In this document: in pieces, positions 11,404 through 20,569 of the stretch | Numbering within the stretch: the first letter of the stretch is position 1 | Layout of the letters: every line of letters begins with the position of its first letter | The notes under the pieces: generated by a model | The model's database searches: none | What the model saw: only the letters and a program-made list of their open reading frames with translations | What the model was told of the DNA's origin: nothing | Made by a program: the position numbers and the translations under genes | Assembly (NCBI GenBank): GCA_905182145.1 | Contig: CAJJAN010000023.1 | Location: 16,668-80,667, forward strand | From: an uncultured Pelagibacteraceae bacterium | GTDB taxonomy: Bacteria > Pseudomonadota > Alphaproteobacteria > Pelagibacterales > AG-422-B15 | DNA length: 64,000 nt | Direction of reading: 5' to 3'

Positions 11404-11802
11404 ATGTCATTACAAGATCCATTAGCAGATTTATTCAGTAGAATAAGAAATGCTCAGATGAGAAATAAAAAAGTAGTTAGTTCTCCAGCCTCTAAACTTA
11501 GAGCTGGAATATTAGATGTTTTAGCTAAAGAGGGTTATATTAGAGGCTATGCGATGACACAGCATGCTTCTGGCAAAAATGAGCTAGATATTGAGTTAAA
11601 ATATGATAGCAACGGCCCAGTAATTTCTAATATTACTCGTATATCAAAACCAGGAAGAAGAGTTTATTCTGGTGTTAAAAGTATTCCATTTATTCATAAC
11701 GGCCTAGGAATATCAATAGTTTCAACTTCTAGAGGCGTAATGTCAGACGCGGATGCTAGAGATCAGAAACTAGGTGGCGAAATTATTTGTAAGGTATTTT
11801 AA
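11404..11802 (+). CDS. rpsH: 30S ribosomal protein S8
   Basis: 132 aa. MSLQDPLADLFSRIRNAQ start. Confidence 0.97.
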   Translation: MSLQDPLADLFSRIRNAQMRNKKVVSSPASKLRAGILDVLAKEGYIRGYAMTQHASGKNELDIELKYDSNGPVISNITRISKPGRRVYSGVKSIPFIHNGLGISIVSTSRGVMSDADARDQKLGGEIICKVF

Positions 11803-11813
11803 GGATTATATTA

Positions 11814-12347
11814 ATGTCTAGAGTAGGATCAAAAATTATAACTGTGCCAGATAACGTAAAAGTTTTTATTGAAAACGGTGCTGTGCATGCTGAAGGACCA
11901 AAAGGTAAACTTTCAACAGTGATCAATAATGGTATTGATGTAAATATTAATGAAAAAGAAATAACCTGTGTTCCAAGAAAAAAAGATCGCCAGTCACTAG
12001 CGTTTTGGGGTTTACAGAGAAATTTAGTGAACAATATTGTTATTGGAGTTTGTGAAGGTTTTACAAAAAAACTCGAAATAAATGGTGTTGGTTACAGAGC
12101 ATCGGTAAATGGTACAAATTTAGAATTACTGCTTGGTTTTAGTCATCCAATTTCATATCCAATTCCGCAAGAACTGGAAATAAAAGTCGATAAACAAAAT
12201 AATATTGAAATATCTGGAGCTAGTAAGCAATTGGTAGGCCAGGTAGCTTCTGAAATAAGAAGTTTTAGAGGACCGGAGCCATACAAAGGTAAGGGTATTA
12301 AATACTCAGGTGAACATATAGTTAGAAAAGAAGGTAAGAAAAAATAA
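11814..12347 (+). CDS. rplF: 50S ribosomal protein L6
   Basis: 177 aa. MSRVGSKIITVP start and PEPYKGKGIKY near the C-terminus. Confidence 0.97.
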   Translation: MSRVGSKIITVPDNVKVFIENGAVHAEGPKGKLSTVINNGIDVNINEKEITCVPRKKDRQSLAFWGLQRNLVNNIVIGVCEGFTKKLEINGVGYRASVNGTNLELLLGFSHPISYPIPQELEIKVDKQNNIEISGASKQLVGQVASEIRSFRGPEPYKGKGIKYSGEHIVRKEGKKK

Positions 12348-12694
12348 TGCCAATTTCAATAAAACAAAAAAGATCTAGTAGAGTTAGATATACGTTAAAG
12401 AAAAGAAATAAAGATCGATTAAGAATGTCAGTCTTTAAATCAGCTAAAAATCTTTACATTCAAGTTATTGATGACACAGCCAGCAAAACAATTTGCAGCG
12501 TATCTTCTCTTGCAAGTAGTAAGAAGAAAAATGGATGCAACATAGAGTCTGCAAAATCATTGGGAACTGCTATAGCTAAACTAGCAAAAGAAAAAGGTAT
12601 TGATAAAGTCTATTTAGATAGAGGTCCAAATATCTACCATGGAATAATTAAATCGCTAGCTGATGAAGCTAGATCTGCAGGATTAACAATTTAA
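12347..12694 (+). CDS. rplR: 50S ribosomal protein L18
   Basis: 115 aa. [26 protein letters not shown]-terminal motif. Confidence 0.96.
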   Translation: MPISIKQKRSSRVRYTLKKRNKDRLRMSVFKSAKNLYIQVIDDTASKTICSVSSLASSKKKNGCNIESAKSLGTAIAKLAKEKGIDKVYLDRGPNIYHGIIKSLADEARSAGLTI

Positions 12695-12703
12695 GGAATA
12701 AAT

Positions 12704-13243
12704 ATGCGAGATAATAGAGATAATAGAGATAATAGAGATAATAGAGCCCCTAAGGATGACATTAAAGATAAGTTAGTTGCAATTAACAGAGTAACTAAAG
12801 TTGTTAAGGGTGGTAGAAGATTTGGTTTTGCAGCCCTTGTTGTTGCAGGAGATGAATCTGGAAGAGTTGGATTTGGGAAAGGTAAAGCAAAAGAAGTTCC
12901 TGAAGCTATTAAAAAAGCAAATGATGCAGCGAGAAAAAGTATGATTAAGATTCCTTTAAGAGAAGGTAGAACTCTTCATCATGATATTGTCGGCAATCAT
13001 GGTGCTAGTAAGGTTGTTATGAGATCTGCTCCATCGGGTACCGGAATTATTGCTGGTGGTTCTGTTAGAGCTGTATTTGAGTTATTAGGAATTAAAGATA
13101 TTGTTACTAAATCTATTGGGAGTGCAAATCCTTATAATATCATTAGAGCTGCAGTTAATGGATTAAAGCAACAAAAGTCACCTAAAATGGTCGCGGCCAG
13201 AAGAAGTAAGAAGGTTGCTGAAATTAATTCAATTAGAGATTAA
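12704..13243 (+). CDS. rpsE: 30S ribosomal protein S5 with an N-terminal (RDN)4 repeat
   Basis: 179 aa. The S5 core [24 protein letters not shown] is preceded by [19 protein letters not shown]. Confidence 0.97.
   Translation: MRDNRDNRDNRDNRAPKDDIKDKLVAINRVTKVVKGGRRFGFAALVVAGDESGRVGFGKGKAKEVPEAIKKANDAARKSMIKIPLREGRTLHHDIVGNHGASKVVMRSAPSGTGIIAGGSVRAVFELLGIKDIVTKSIGSANPYNIIRAAVNGLKQQKSPKMVAARRSKKVAEINSIRD
12710..12745 (+). repeat. Perfect in-frame tandem repeat, GATAATAGA x4
   Basis: Read directly: gataataga gataataga gataataga gataataga, starting at codon 3 of rpsE and encoding DNR x4. Confidence 0.95.
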
Positions 13244-13245
13244 AA

Positions 13246-13428
13246 ATGAGTCAAAAAATAAAAATTACACTTACTAAAAGTTCAATCGGATCAATTCAAA
13301 AAATAATTGGCACTCTAAAAGGACTTGGACTTAAGAAAATACGAAGTACTTCTGTATTAATTGAAACTCCTGAAGTACTTGGAATGATAAAAAAAGTACA
13401 ACATTTAGTTAAAACTGAGAGAGTTTAA
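13246..13428 (+). CDS. rpmD: 50S ribosomal protein L30
   Basis: 60 aa. KITLTKSSIGS start, between rpsE and rplO. Confidence 0.94.
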   Translation: MSQKIKITLTKSSIGSIQKIIGTLKGLGLKKIRSTSVLIETPEVLGMIKKVQHLVKTERV

Positions 13429-13432
13429 TATT

Positions 13433-13891
13433 ATGAAGTTAAATGAATTAAAAAAACCTAAGGGACATACTTTTACTTCAAAAAGAATTGGTAGAGGAAT
13501 TGGTTCGGGTAAAGGTAAGACTTCGGGTAGTGGTCACAAAGGTCAAAAAGCTAGATCTGGTGTAGCTATTAATGGATTTGAAGGCGGTCAAATGCCCATC
13601 TTTAGAAGACTACCAAAATTTGGTTTTACAAACATTGGTCGCACAGACTATGTTGAGCTGAACTTGGAAGATATACAAAAAATTATTGAAAAAAATAAGA
13701 TAACTGAGGATCAAGTTATTAATATTGAGCTACTTAAAAAATTATCAGTCATTAAGAAAAAAAATAACTTAAAACTTAAAGTTTTAGGGCGTGGCGAAAT
13801 GTTGTCAAAAAACTCTATTGAGTGTGGTAAAATTTCGAAATCAGCTCAAGAAAAAGCCAATAAAACCGGCAATAATATTACAATCAATTAA
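13433..13891 (+). CDS. rplO: 50S ribosomal protein L15
   Basis: 152 aa. GRGIGSGKGKTSGSGHKGQKARSG motif. Confidence 0.96.
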   Translation: MKLNELKKPKGHTFTSKRIGRGIGSGKGKTSGSGHKGQKARSGVAINGFEGGQMPIFRRLPKFGFTNIGRTDYVELNLEDIQKIIEKNKITEDQVINIELLKKLSVIKKKNNLKLKVLGRGEMLSKNSIECGKISKSAQEKANKTGNNITIN

Positions 13892-13897
13892 AAAAAT

Positions 13898-15229
13898 ATG
13901 GCTTCTGCAGCAGAACAATTAGCTTCAAATTTTAGTTTTGGAATGTTTCGTAAAGCTACGGAATTAAAAAAACGCATCTGGTTTACACTTGGAATACTTA
14001 TTGTCTATCGTTTTGGTACATACATTCCACTATCTGGTATCGATATTGAGCAGTTAGCTTCATTAGTTGAAACTAACCAAAGTGGAATACTTGGTATGTT
14101 TGATGTATTTGCTGGTGGTGCCATTAGTCGTATGGCTATATTTGCATTAGGTATTATGCCTTATATTTCGGCTTCTATTATTATTCAATTGATGACTAGT
14201 GTATCACCTGCTTTAGCTAATCTGAAAAAAGAAGGTGAACCTGGAAGAAAGAAGATTACTCAATATACACGTTATGGAACTGTAATTCTGGCAATCCTTC
14301 AAGGTTATGGAATTTCTGTTGGATTAGAGTCAGCTGGACAAATAGTAACCGATCCTGGATTGTTTTTTAGAATATCAACAACAATTACCCTTGTTGGTGG
14401 AACAGTTTTCCTAATGTGGCTTGGTGAGCAGGTAACTAGTAGAGGTATCGGCAATGGAATTTCATTAATTATATTTTCAGGTATTGTCGCTGAAATACCT
14501 AGCGCCTTAATAAATACCCTTACGTTGGGAAGACAAGGTACAATATCTACACTAACTCTTTTACTTTTATTTGCCTTAGTGATTGCAGTAGTTATTTTTA
14601 TAATATTCATGGAAAGAGCGCAACGAAGACTCCTTGTGCAATATCCTAAAAGACAGATGGGGAATAAAATGATGGGTGGTGACACTTCACATTTACCGCT
14701 TAAATTAAACACAGCTGGAGTTATACCGGCAATTTTTGCTTCATCCATATTACTATTACCAATTACAATTGCCAACTTTAACCTTTCAACTGATCAATCT
14801 TGGTTAAGTGATATAGCGGCATTACTTGGAAGAGGTCAGCCTCTTTATATGGCTTTATATGCTTCAGCAATTATATTTTTTGCATTCTTTTATACATCAA
14901 TTGTTTTTAACCCAGTAGAAACTGCTGATAACTTAAAACGGAATGGTGGCTTTATACCGGGTATCAGACCAGGAGAAAAGACTGCTGAATATATTGATTT
15001 TGTTTTATCTAGAATAACTACAATTGGTGCTTTATATCTAGCATTTGTATGTATTCTTCCTGAAATTTTAATAGCCCAATACTCTATTCCATTTTATTTG
15101 GGTGGAACATCTCTATTAATTGTAGTTGTGGTAGGTATGGATACTGTTGGCCAAATACAAAGTCATTTATTTGCGTATCAGTATGAAGGGTTAATTAAGA
15201 AATCAAGAATTAGAGGTAGAAAAAAGTGA
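13898..15229 (+). CDS. secY: Preprotein translocase subunit SecY
   Basis: 443 aa, polytopic. GIMPYISASIIIQLM and LMWLGEQVTSRGIGNGISLIIF motifs. Confidence 0.97.
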   Translation: MASAAEQLASNFSFGMFRKATELKKRIWFTLGILIVYRFGTYIPLSGIDIEQLASLVETNQSGILGMFDVFAGGAISRMAIFALGIMPYISASIIIQLMTSVSPALANLKKEGEPGRKKITQYTRYGTVILAILQGYGISVGLESAGQIVTDPGLFFRISTTITLVGGTVFLMWLGEQVTSRGIGNGISLIIFSGIVAEIPSALINTLTLGRQGTISTLTLLLLFALVIAVVIFIIFMERAQRRLLVQYPKRQMGNKMMGGDTSHLPLKLNTAGVIPAIFASSILLLPITIANFNLSTDQSWLSDIAALLGRGQPLYMALYASAIIFFAFFYTSIVFNPVETADNLKRNGGFIPGIRPGEKTAEYIDFVLSRITTIGALYLAFVCILPEILIAQYSIPFYLGGTSLLIVVVVGMDTVGQIQSHLFAYQYEGLIKKSRIRGRKK

Positions 15230-15795
15230 ATCTAATTTTACTTGGACCACCCGGAGCTGGCAAAGGAACTCAAGCTAAATCTATTTGTGATAAATTTAAC
15301 TTGTGCCATTTGTCAACAGGGGACATTTTAAGAAATGAAGTTGCTAATCAAACTGAATTAGGTAAGCAAGCTAAAGATATTATGGACAAAGGTGAGCTTG
15401 TTTCAAATGAAGTCATTTTACAGATCATAAAAAATTTTATTGATAATAACTTATCAAAATTTACGGGATTTTTGTTTGATGGCTTTCCAAGATCTGCAGA
15501 GCAAGCTGATATGTTAAATAAAGTTCTTAATGATATTAAAGTAAGTATTGATAAAGTAATACTGTTAGATGTAGACCAATCAATTCTTTTAAACCGTATT
15601 ATGAAAAGAAAAGAAGAAGAAGGAAGGGTAGATGACAGTGAAAAAGTTCTTAAATCTCGTTTAGATGTTTACTTTACACAAACACAACCACTAATAGACT
15701 ATTACTTAAATTTAAATTTACTTAAAAAAGTCGATGGAACTAAGGAAATTAACCAAGTAAATCAAGATATTAACACAATATTGGAGGCTGCTTAA
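15226..15795 (+). CDS. adk: Adenylate kinase (short-LID type)
   Basis: 189 aa. P-loop LLGPPGAGKGTQ. The LID region is short (RIMKRKEEEGRVDDSEKV) with no Cys cluster. ATGA-type overlap with secY. Confidence 0.95.
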   Translation: MNLILLGPPGAGKGTQAKSICDKFNLCHLSTGDILRNEVANQTELGKQAKDIMDKGELVSNEVILQIIKNFIDNNLSKFTGFLFDGFPRSAEQADMLNKVLNDIKVSIDKVILLDVDQSILLNRIMKRKEEEGRVDDSEKVLKSRLDVYFTQTQPLIDYYLNLNLLKKVDGTKEINQVNQDINTILEAA

Positions 15796-15800
15796 TATGC

Positions 15801-15829
15801 TTGACCATTTGACTAATAATCATATAATC
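15801..15829 (+). promoter_or_regulatory. Near-consensus sigma70 promoter for rpsM-rpsK-rpoA-rplQ (TTGACC-17 nt-TATAAT)
   Basis: TTGACC at 15801-15806, a 17-nt spacer and TATAAT at 15824-15829. AAGGA (15856-15860) lies 7 nt before the GTG start at 15868. It sits in the only >14-nt gap between rpsL and rplQ other than two short ones. Confidence 0.55.
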
Positions 15830-15867
15830 CGCCAATCTCTCAATAACTGCAATCAAAGGATCTATCT

Positions 15868-16245
15868 GTGGCTCGTATAGCTGGTGTAAACATTCCAAGT
15901 CAAAAAAAATTAGGTATCGCCCTCACTTATGTGTATGGAGTAGGTAGAAAATATTCAGTAGATATATGTAAACAAGCAGATGTTGATGAAAATATTAGAG
16001 TTCAAGATTTATCTGAATTAGATATTAAAAAAGTTACAGATGTAATTGCTGCTGACTTTACAGTCGAAGGTGATTTGAGAAGAGAAATATCTGCTAATAT
16101 TAAAAGATTAAAAGATTTAGGTGCGTATAGAGGTGTAAGACATAGAAAAAATTTACCGTGTCGAGGACAGAGAACTCATACAAATGCTAGAACTAAAAAA
16201 GGTAAAGCTATAGCAATTGCCGGAAAGAAAAAGGTAACTAAGTAA
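15868..16245 (+). CDS. rpsM: 30S ribosomal protein S13
   Basis: 125 aa with a GTG start. ARIAGVNIP start and [29 protein letters not shown]. Confidence 0.97.
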   Translation: MARIAGVNIPSQKKLGIALTYVYGVGRKYSVDICKQADVDENIRVQDLSELDIKKVTDVIAADFTVEGDLRREISANIKRLKDLGAYRGVRHRKNLPCRGQRTHTNARTKKGKAIAIAGKKKVTK

Positions 16246-16634
16246 TGGCTGATAAAAAAGTAGTTAAAAAGAAAAAAACCAAAAAAAATATTGTTTCAGG
16301 TATGGCTTACATACAAGCTACTTTTAATAATACAATGGTAACTATTACTGATGAGCAAGGCAACAGTGTTGCCTGGTCATCTGCAGGCGTTAAAGGTTTT
16401 AAGGGTTCGAGAAAATCCACACCTTATGCTGCACAAATGGCAGCTGAAGATGCAGGAAATAAAGCTAAGGAATTTGGTTTAAAAAATTTGCAGGTCTTTG
16501 TAAAAGGCCCTGGTGGAGGCAGAGAGTCTGCCTTAAGAGCACTACAAGCAGTTGGATTTTACATAACATCTATAAAGGATACTACTCCTATTCCTCATAA
16601 TGGATGCCGACCCCCTAAAAAGAGAAGAGTATAA
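16245..16634 (+). CDS. rpsK: 30S ribosomal protein S11
   Basis: 129 aa. [14 protein letters not shown] and [13 protein letters not shown] motifs. Confidence 0.98.
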   Translation: MADKKVVKKKKTKKNIVSGMAYIQATFNNTMVTITDEQGNSVAWSSAGVKGFKGSRKSTPYAAQMAAEDAGNKAKEFGLKNLQVFVKGPGGGRESALRALQAVGFYITSIKDTTPIPHNGCRPPKKRRV

Positions 16635-16661
16635 AATATTTAATAATATAAGGATAATAGT

Positions 16662-17684
16662 ATGAGCATTATAAATAACTGGCAGGCACTAATTAAACCA
16701 TCAAAACTATCACTTGTACCTTCTGACACTTCTAGTTTTCAAGCTACATTAACAGCAGAACCTTTAGAAAGAGGATTTGGTTTAACTTTAGGTAATGCTT
16801 TAAGAAGAGTGTTGCTATCATCTTTACAAGGAACTGCAGTTACAGCTATCAAGGTTGAGAATGTACTTCACGAATTTTCATCAATTGACGGAGTAAGAGA
16901 AGATGTAACTGATATTGTATTAAATATTAAATCTTTAGCATTAAATATGCATTCTGAGGGTGTTAAGAAAATGTCCTTAAATGTTACAGGGCCTGGAGAA
17001 ATTACAGCAGGAATGATTAATGCTCCTTCTGAAATTGATATAATTAATCCTGAGTTAGTCATCTGTAATTTAGACGAAAATGTAGAATTCAATATGGAAT
17101 TAACAGTAGCAAAAGGTAAGGGTTACGTAGCAGCAGAGCACAATAGAGTTGAAGATGCACCAATTGGATTAATTCCAGTAGATTCAATTTTTAGCCCTGT
17201 AAAGCAAGTAGCTTATAGTGTTGAAAATACACGTGAAGGTAAAGTTTTGGACTATGACAAGCTAACCATGACAATTGAGACAGATGGATCTATATCTCCT
17301 GAAGACTCCATTGCATTTGCAGCAAGAATTATTCAAGATCAACTTCAATCATTTATTAACTTTGACGAGCCTGAAGAAGTCATACCTGAGCCTGATGCTC
17401 TTGAGCCTCAATTTAATAAAAACTTACTTAGAAAAGTTGAAGAGCTTGAGTTGTCAGTCAGATCTATGAATTGTTTGCGAAATGATAACATTATATATAT
17501 CGGTGATTTAGTTCAAAAATCAGAAACAGAAATGCTTAGAACACCTAACTTTGGTAGAAAATCTTTAAATGAAATTAAAGAAGTTTTAGGGGTTATGTCT
17601 CTTTATCTTGGAATGGAAGTTCCAAACTGGCCACCTGAAAACATTGAAGAAATGGCAAGAAAAATAGAAGACCCATATAACTAA
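16662..17684 (+). CDS. rpoA: DNA-directed RNA polymerase alpha subunit
   Basis: 340 aa. N-terminal dimerisation domain ([21 protein letters not shown]) and [26 protein letters not shown]. Confidence 0.97.
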   Translation: MSIINNWQALIKPSKLSLVPSDTSSFQATLTAEPLERGFGLTLGNALRRVLLSSLQGTAVTAIKVENVLHEFSSIDGVREDVTDIVLNIKSLALNMHSEGVKKMSLNVTGPGEITAGMINAPSEIDIINPELVICNLDENVEFNMELTVAKGKGYVAAEHNRVEDAPIGLIPVDSIFSPVKQVAYSVENTREGKVLDYDKLTMTIETDGSISPEDSIAFAARIIQDQLQSFINFDEPEEVIPEPDALEPQFNKNLLRKVEELELSVRSMNCLRNDNIIYIGDLVQKSETEMLRTPNFGRKSLNEIKEVLGVMSLYLGMEVPNWPPENIEEMARKIEDPYN

Positions 17685-17702
17685 AATTTAAGTAGAAAAA
17701 TT

Positions 17703-18068
17703 ATGAGACACGGAATAGCAAAAAGAAAACTAAATAGAACTTCGACACATAGAATCTCTATGTTGGAAAATATGGCTGTATCTCTAATTAAGAGTGAAAC
17801 CATTAAAACAACTTTGCCTAAAGCTAAAGAACTTAGACCATTTGTAGAAAAAATAATTACATTAGGTAAAAAAAATACAAATGCATCAAGAATTAATGCA
17901 TTTAGTAGTTTACGTGATGGTGATGCAGTAAAAAAAGTTTTTTCTGATCTCTCAAAAAGATTTGAAAAAAGACAAGGTGGCTACTGTAGAATTGTTAAAG
18001 CCGGTTTTCGTACTGGCGATAAGGCTCCCATGGCTTATATTCAATTATTAGACCAAGAAGCTAAATAG
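17703..18068 (+). CDS. rplQ: 50S ribosomal protein L17
   Basis: 121 aa. [17 protein letters not shown] start. Confidence 0.97.
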   Translation: MRHGIAKRKLNRTSTHRISMLENMAVSLIKSETIKTTLPKAKELRPFVEKIITLGKKNTNASRINAFSSLRDGDAVKKVFSDLSKRFEKRQGGYCRIVKAGFRTGDKAPMAYIQLLDQEAK

Positions 18069-18120
18069 TTTTCAATCAATTTTTTTTAAACAAGATTTTT
18101 GGTCAAAAAATGAAAATTTT

Positions 18121-18996
18121 ATGGCTAAACACACCCTCTCATTAATTATTAAAGAAAATGAATCCGATACAAGGCTTGATAGATATTTAGTTAATTCATT
18201 AAATGTACCTCAAAGCCTAATTCAAAAAGATTTAAGAAAAGGCTTCATAAAGGTAAATGATAAAAAATCGCTTGCTAAATATAGAATTCAGGTAGGAGAT
18301 ATAATTCAATTATCAAAAGATTATTCTGAAATTAAACCTAAACAAACAATAGAACCAAATAAAAAAGATTTAGATCGTTTAAAAAAATCAATTATATTTT
18401 CTGATATTAATTTTTTTATAATTAATAAGTGGAATAAAATAGCAGTACAGGGTGGTAGTGGTTTAAAGACAAATTTAGATGATATGCTTTATCATTCAAA
18501 TCTATTTGATAGTAGGCCCTTACTAGTACATCGATTAGATAGAGATACCAGTGGGATTCTCATCTTCGCTCTTAATAGACAATCTGCAAAACATTTCTCT
18601 GATTTGTTTAGTAATAGAGAAATTAATAAAACTTATGAAGCAATCATCATAGGATGCCCAAATGATAATGAGGGAGTGATGAATAATGATATTGAAGAAG
18701 ATGATAAGCGTCATAGCGCAGAAACAAAATATAAGGTCATTAAAAGACTATCAGAAGACCTAACTCATATTGAGTTAACTCCTACAACTGGAAGAAAACA
18801 TCAATTAAGAATACATTGTAAACTTAATGGTTTCCCGATATTAGGTGACAATAAATATTATTTACCAGTGTCAAAAGTCTATAAAAATGAGAACAACCTT
18901 TTTTTACATGCAAAAAAAATTGAATTTAAAGATTCTGACGATGAACTCGTCAATGTTGAGGCAAATTTACCAAATCATTTTTTTAACTACATATGA
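18121..18996 (+). CDS. RluA-family rRNA pseudouridine synthase (RluC/RluD-like)
   Basis: 291 aa. N-terminal S4-like RLDRYL...IKVND and catalytic HRLDRDTSGILIFA. The C/D subtype cannot be called without a search. Confidence 0.85.
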   Translation: MAKHTLSLIIKENESDTRLDRYLVNSLNVPQSLIQKDLRKGFIKVNDKKSLAKYRIQVGDIIQLSKDYSEIKPKQTIEPNKKDLDRLKKSIIFSDINFFIINKWNKIAVQGGSGLKTNLDDMLYHSNLFDSRPLLVHRLDRDTSGILIFALNRQSAKHFSDLFSNREINKTYEAIIIGCPNDNEGVMNNDIEEDDKRHSAETKYKVIKRLSEDLTHIELTPTTGRKHQLRIHCKLNGFPILGDNKYYLPVSKVYKNENNLFLHAKKIEFKDSDDELVNVEANLPNHFFNYI

Positions 18997-19035
18997 TTGT
19001 TTAATTTAGATTAATTAGTTATTATAAGGAATATT

Positions 19036-20568
19036 ATGACATCAATTATTGAAGAATTAGAAAAGAAGAGAAGCCAAGCCAGAGAGGGTGGAGGCAAGAA
19101 GAGAGTTGATGCACAGCATGCTAGAGGCAAGCTAACTGCGCGTGAAAGAATCGATGTTTTGTTAGATGAAGATACATTTGAAGAATACGACATGTATGTT
19201 GAGCACAGAACTAATGACTTTGGCATGGCTAAGAAAAAATACCCTGGAGATAGTGTTGTAACTGGCAGTGGAAAAATAAATGGTAAACTTGTTTACCTAT
19301 TTAGTCAGGACTTTACAGTTTTTGGTGGATCTTTATCAGAAGCCCACGCTGAAAAAATTTGTAAGATAATGGATATGGCATTGAAAGTAGGTGCGCCTGT
19401 TATTGGTATAAATGATTCTGGAGGCGCCCGAATTCAAGAAGGGGTTGCATCGCTTGGAGGTTATGGTGATGTTTTCCAAAAAAATGTATTAGCATCTGGG
19501 GTTATTCCACAGATATCAGTTATTATGGGACCTTGTGCGGGGGGAGCTGTATATTCTCCGGCAATGACAGACTTTATCTTTATGGTTAAAGATACTTCCT
19601 TTATGTTTGTAACGGGACCAGATGTAGTTAAAACTGTAACTCAAGAGAATGTAACACAAGAAGAGCTTGGTGGTGCAAAAACTCATACATCAAAATCATC
19701 GGTTGCTGATGGAGCTTATGAAAATGATATTGAAACTTTATACGAAGTTAAAAAATTAATAGATTTATTGCCATCAAGTAATAAAGAAAAATCAATTAGT
19801 CAAAAATCTGAATTTCAAGATTTAAGTCCTGATCTATCATTGGATACTTTGGTACCAGATAATCCAAATAAGCCTTATGATATGTTAGAGCTTATAAATA
19901 AAGTCGTTGATAATAGTGATTTCTTCGAAATACAGGCTGAATTTGCTAAAAATATGATTGTTGGTTTTGGAAGAGTAGAGGGTCGAACTGTTGGTTTTGT
20001 AGCAAATCAGCCATTAGTATTAGCTGGTTGCCTTGATATAGATGCAAGCAAAAAGGCTGCAAGATTTGTTAGATTCTGTGACTGTTTCAATATACCAATT
20101 GTAACATTCGTTGATGTACCCGGTTTTTTACCTGGAGTATCTCAAGAACATAATGGAATTATAAAAAATGGGGCAAAGCTATTATATGCTTATGCTGAAG
20201 CTACTGTTCCTAAGGTAACTATAATAACTCGTAAGGCATATGGCGGTGCTTACGTAGTAATGGCATCAAAACATTTGAGAGGCGATATAAATTATGCTTG
20301 GCCTACTGCAGAAATAGCTGTTATGGGAGCAAAAGGAGCTGTTGAAATATTATATCGAAATGAACTTAAATCCGAAAAAGATATTGCAGAAAAAACTAAA
20401 GAATATACTGATCAGTTTGCAAATCCTTTTATTGCATCAAGCCGAGGTTTTATAGATGATGTAATCAAGCCTCAATCTACAAGGAAAAGAATAGCTGTTG
20501 CATTAGAAAATTTACAAAACAAAGAATTAACTTCACCGTACAAAAAACACGACAACATTCCATTATAA
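19036..20568 (+). CDS. pccB: Propionyl-CoA carboxylase beta (carboxyltransferase) subunit
   Basis: 510 aa. [35 protein letters not shown] closely resembles PCC beta. Full two-domain carboxyltransferase length. Confidence 0.9.
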   Translation: MTSIIEELEKKRSQAREGGGKKRVDAQHARGKLTARERIDVLLDEDTFEEYDMYVEHRTNDFGMAKKKYPGDSVVTGSGKINGKLVYLFSQDFTVFGGSLSEAHAEKICKIMDMALKVGAPVIGINDSGGARIQEGVASLGGYGDVFQKNVLASGVIPQISVIMGPCAGGAVYSPAMTDFIFMVKDTSFMFVTGPDVVKTVTQENVTQEELGGAKTHTSKSSVADGAYENDIETLYEVKKLIDLLPSSNKEKSISQKSEFQDLSPDLSLDTLVPDNPNKPYDMLELINKVVDNSDFFEIQAEFAKNMIVGFGRVEGRTVGFVANQPLVLAGCLDIDASKKAARFVRFCDCFNIPIVTFVDVPGFLPGVSQEHNGIIKNGAKLLYAYAEATVPKVTIITRKAYGGAYVVMASKHLRGDINYAWPTAEIAVMGAKGAVEILYRNELKSEKDIAEKTKEYTDQFANPFIASSRGFIDDVIKPQSTRKRIAVALENLQNKELTSPYKKHDNIPL

Positions 20569-20569
20569 T

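Noticed and set aside
14305-14775. Long antisense ORFs: 156 aa opposite secY, and also 9105..9506 (133 aa, opposite rplP/rpmC), 27602..27982 (opposite the ALDH), 31810..32166 (opposite pyrB), 63180..63488 and 63678..63884 (opposite plsX)
   Set aside because: Each is wholly nested antisense to a strongly conserved gene. The translations are low-complexity Ser/Ile/Phe/Leu-rich strings with no recognisable motif. None has a start context. They are best explained as a codon-bias by-product.
15797-15880. A 27-codon mini-ORF ([27 protein letters not shown]) starting 2 nt after adk and running into rpsM
   Set aside because: It has no SD and contains the promoter hexamers themselves. It would be upstream of the predicted transcription start, with no leader-peptide hallmarks.
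18069-18120. A possible terminator after rplQ (TTTTTGGTCAAAAA)
   Set aside because: The stem is essentially A/T with a 2-4 nt loop. It cannot be distinguished from background in this composition.
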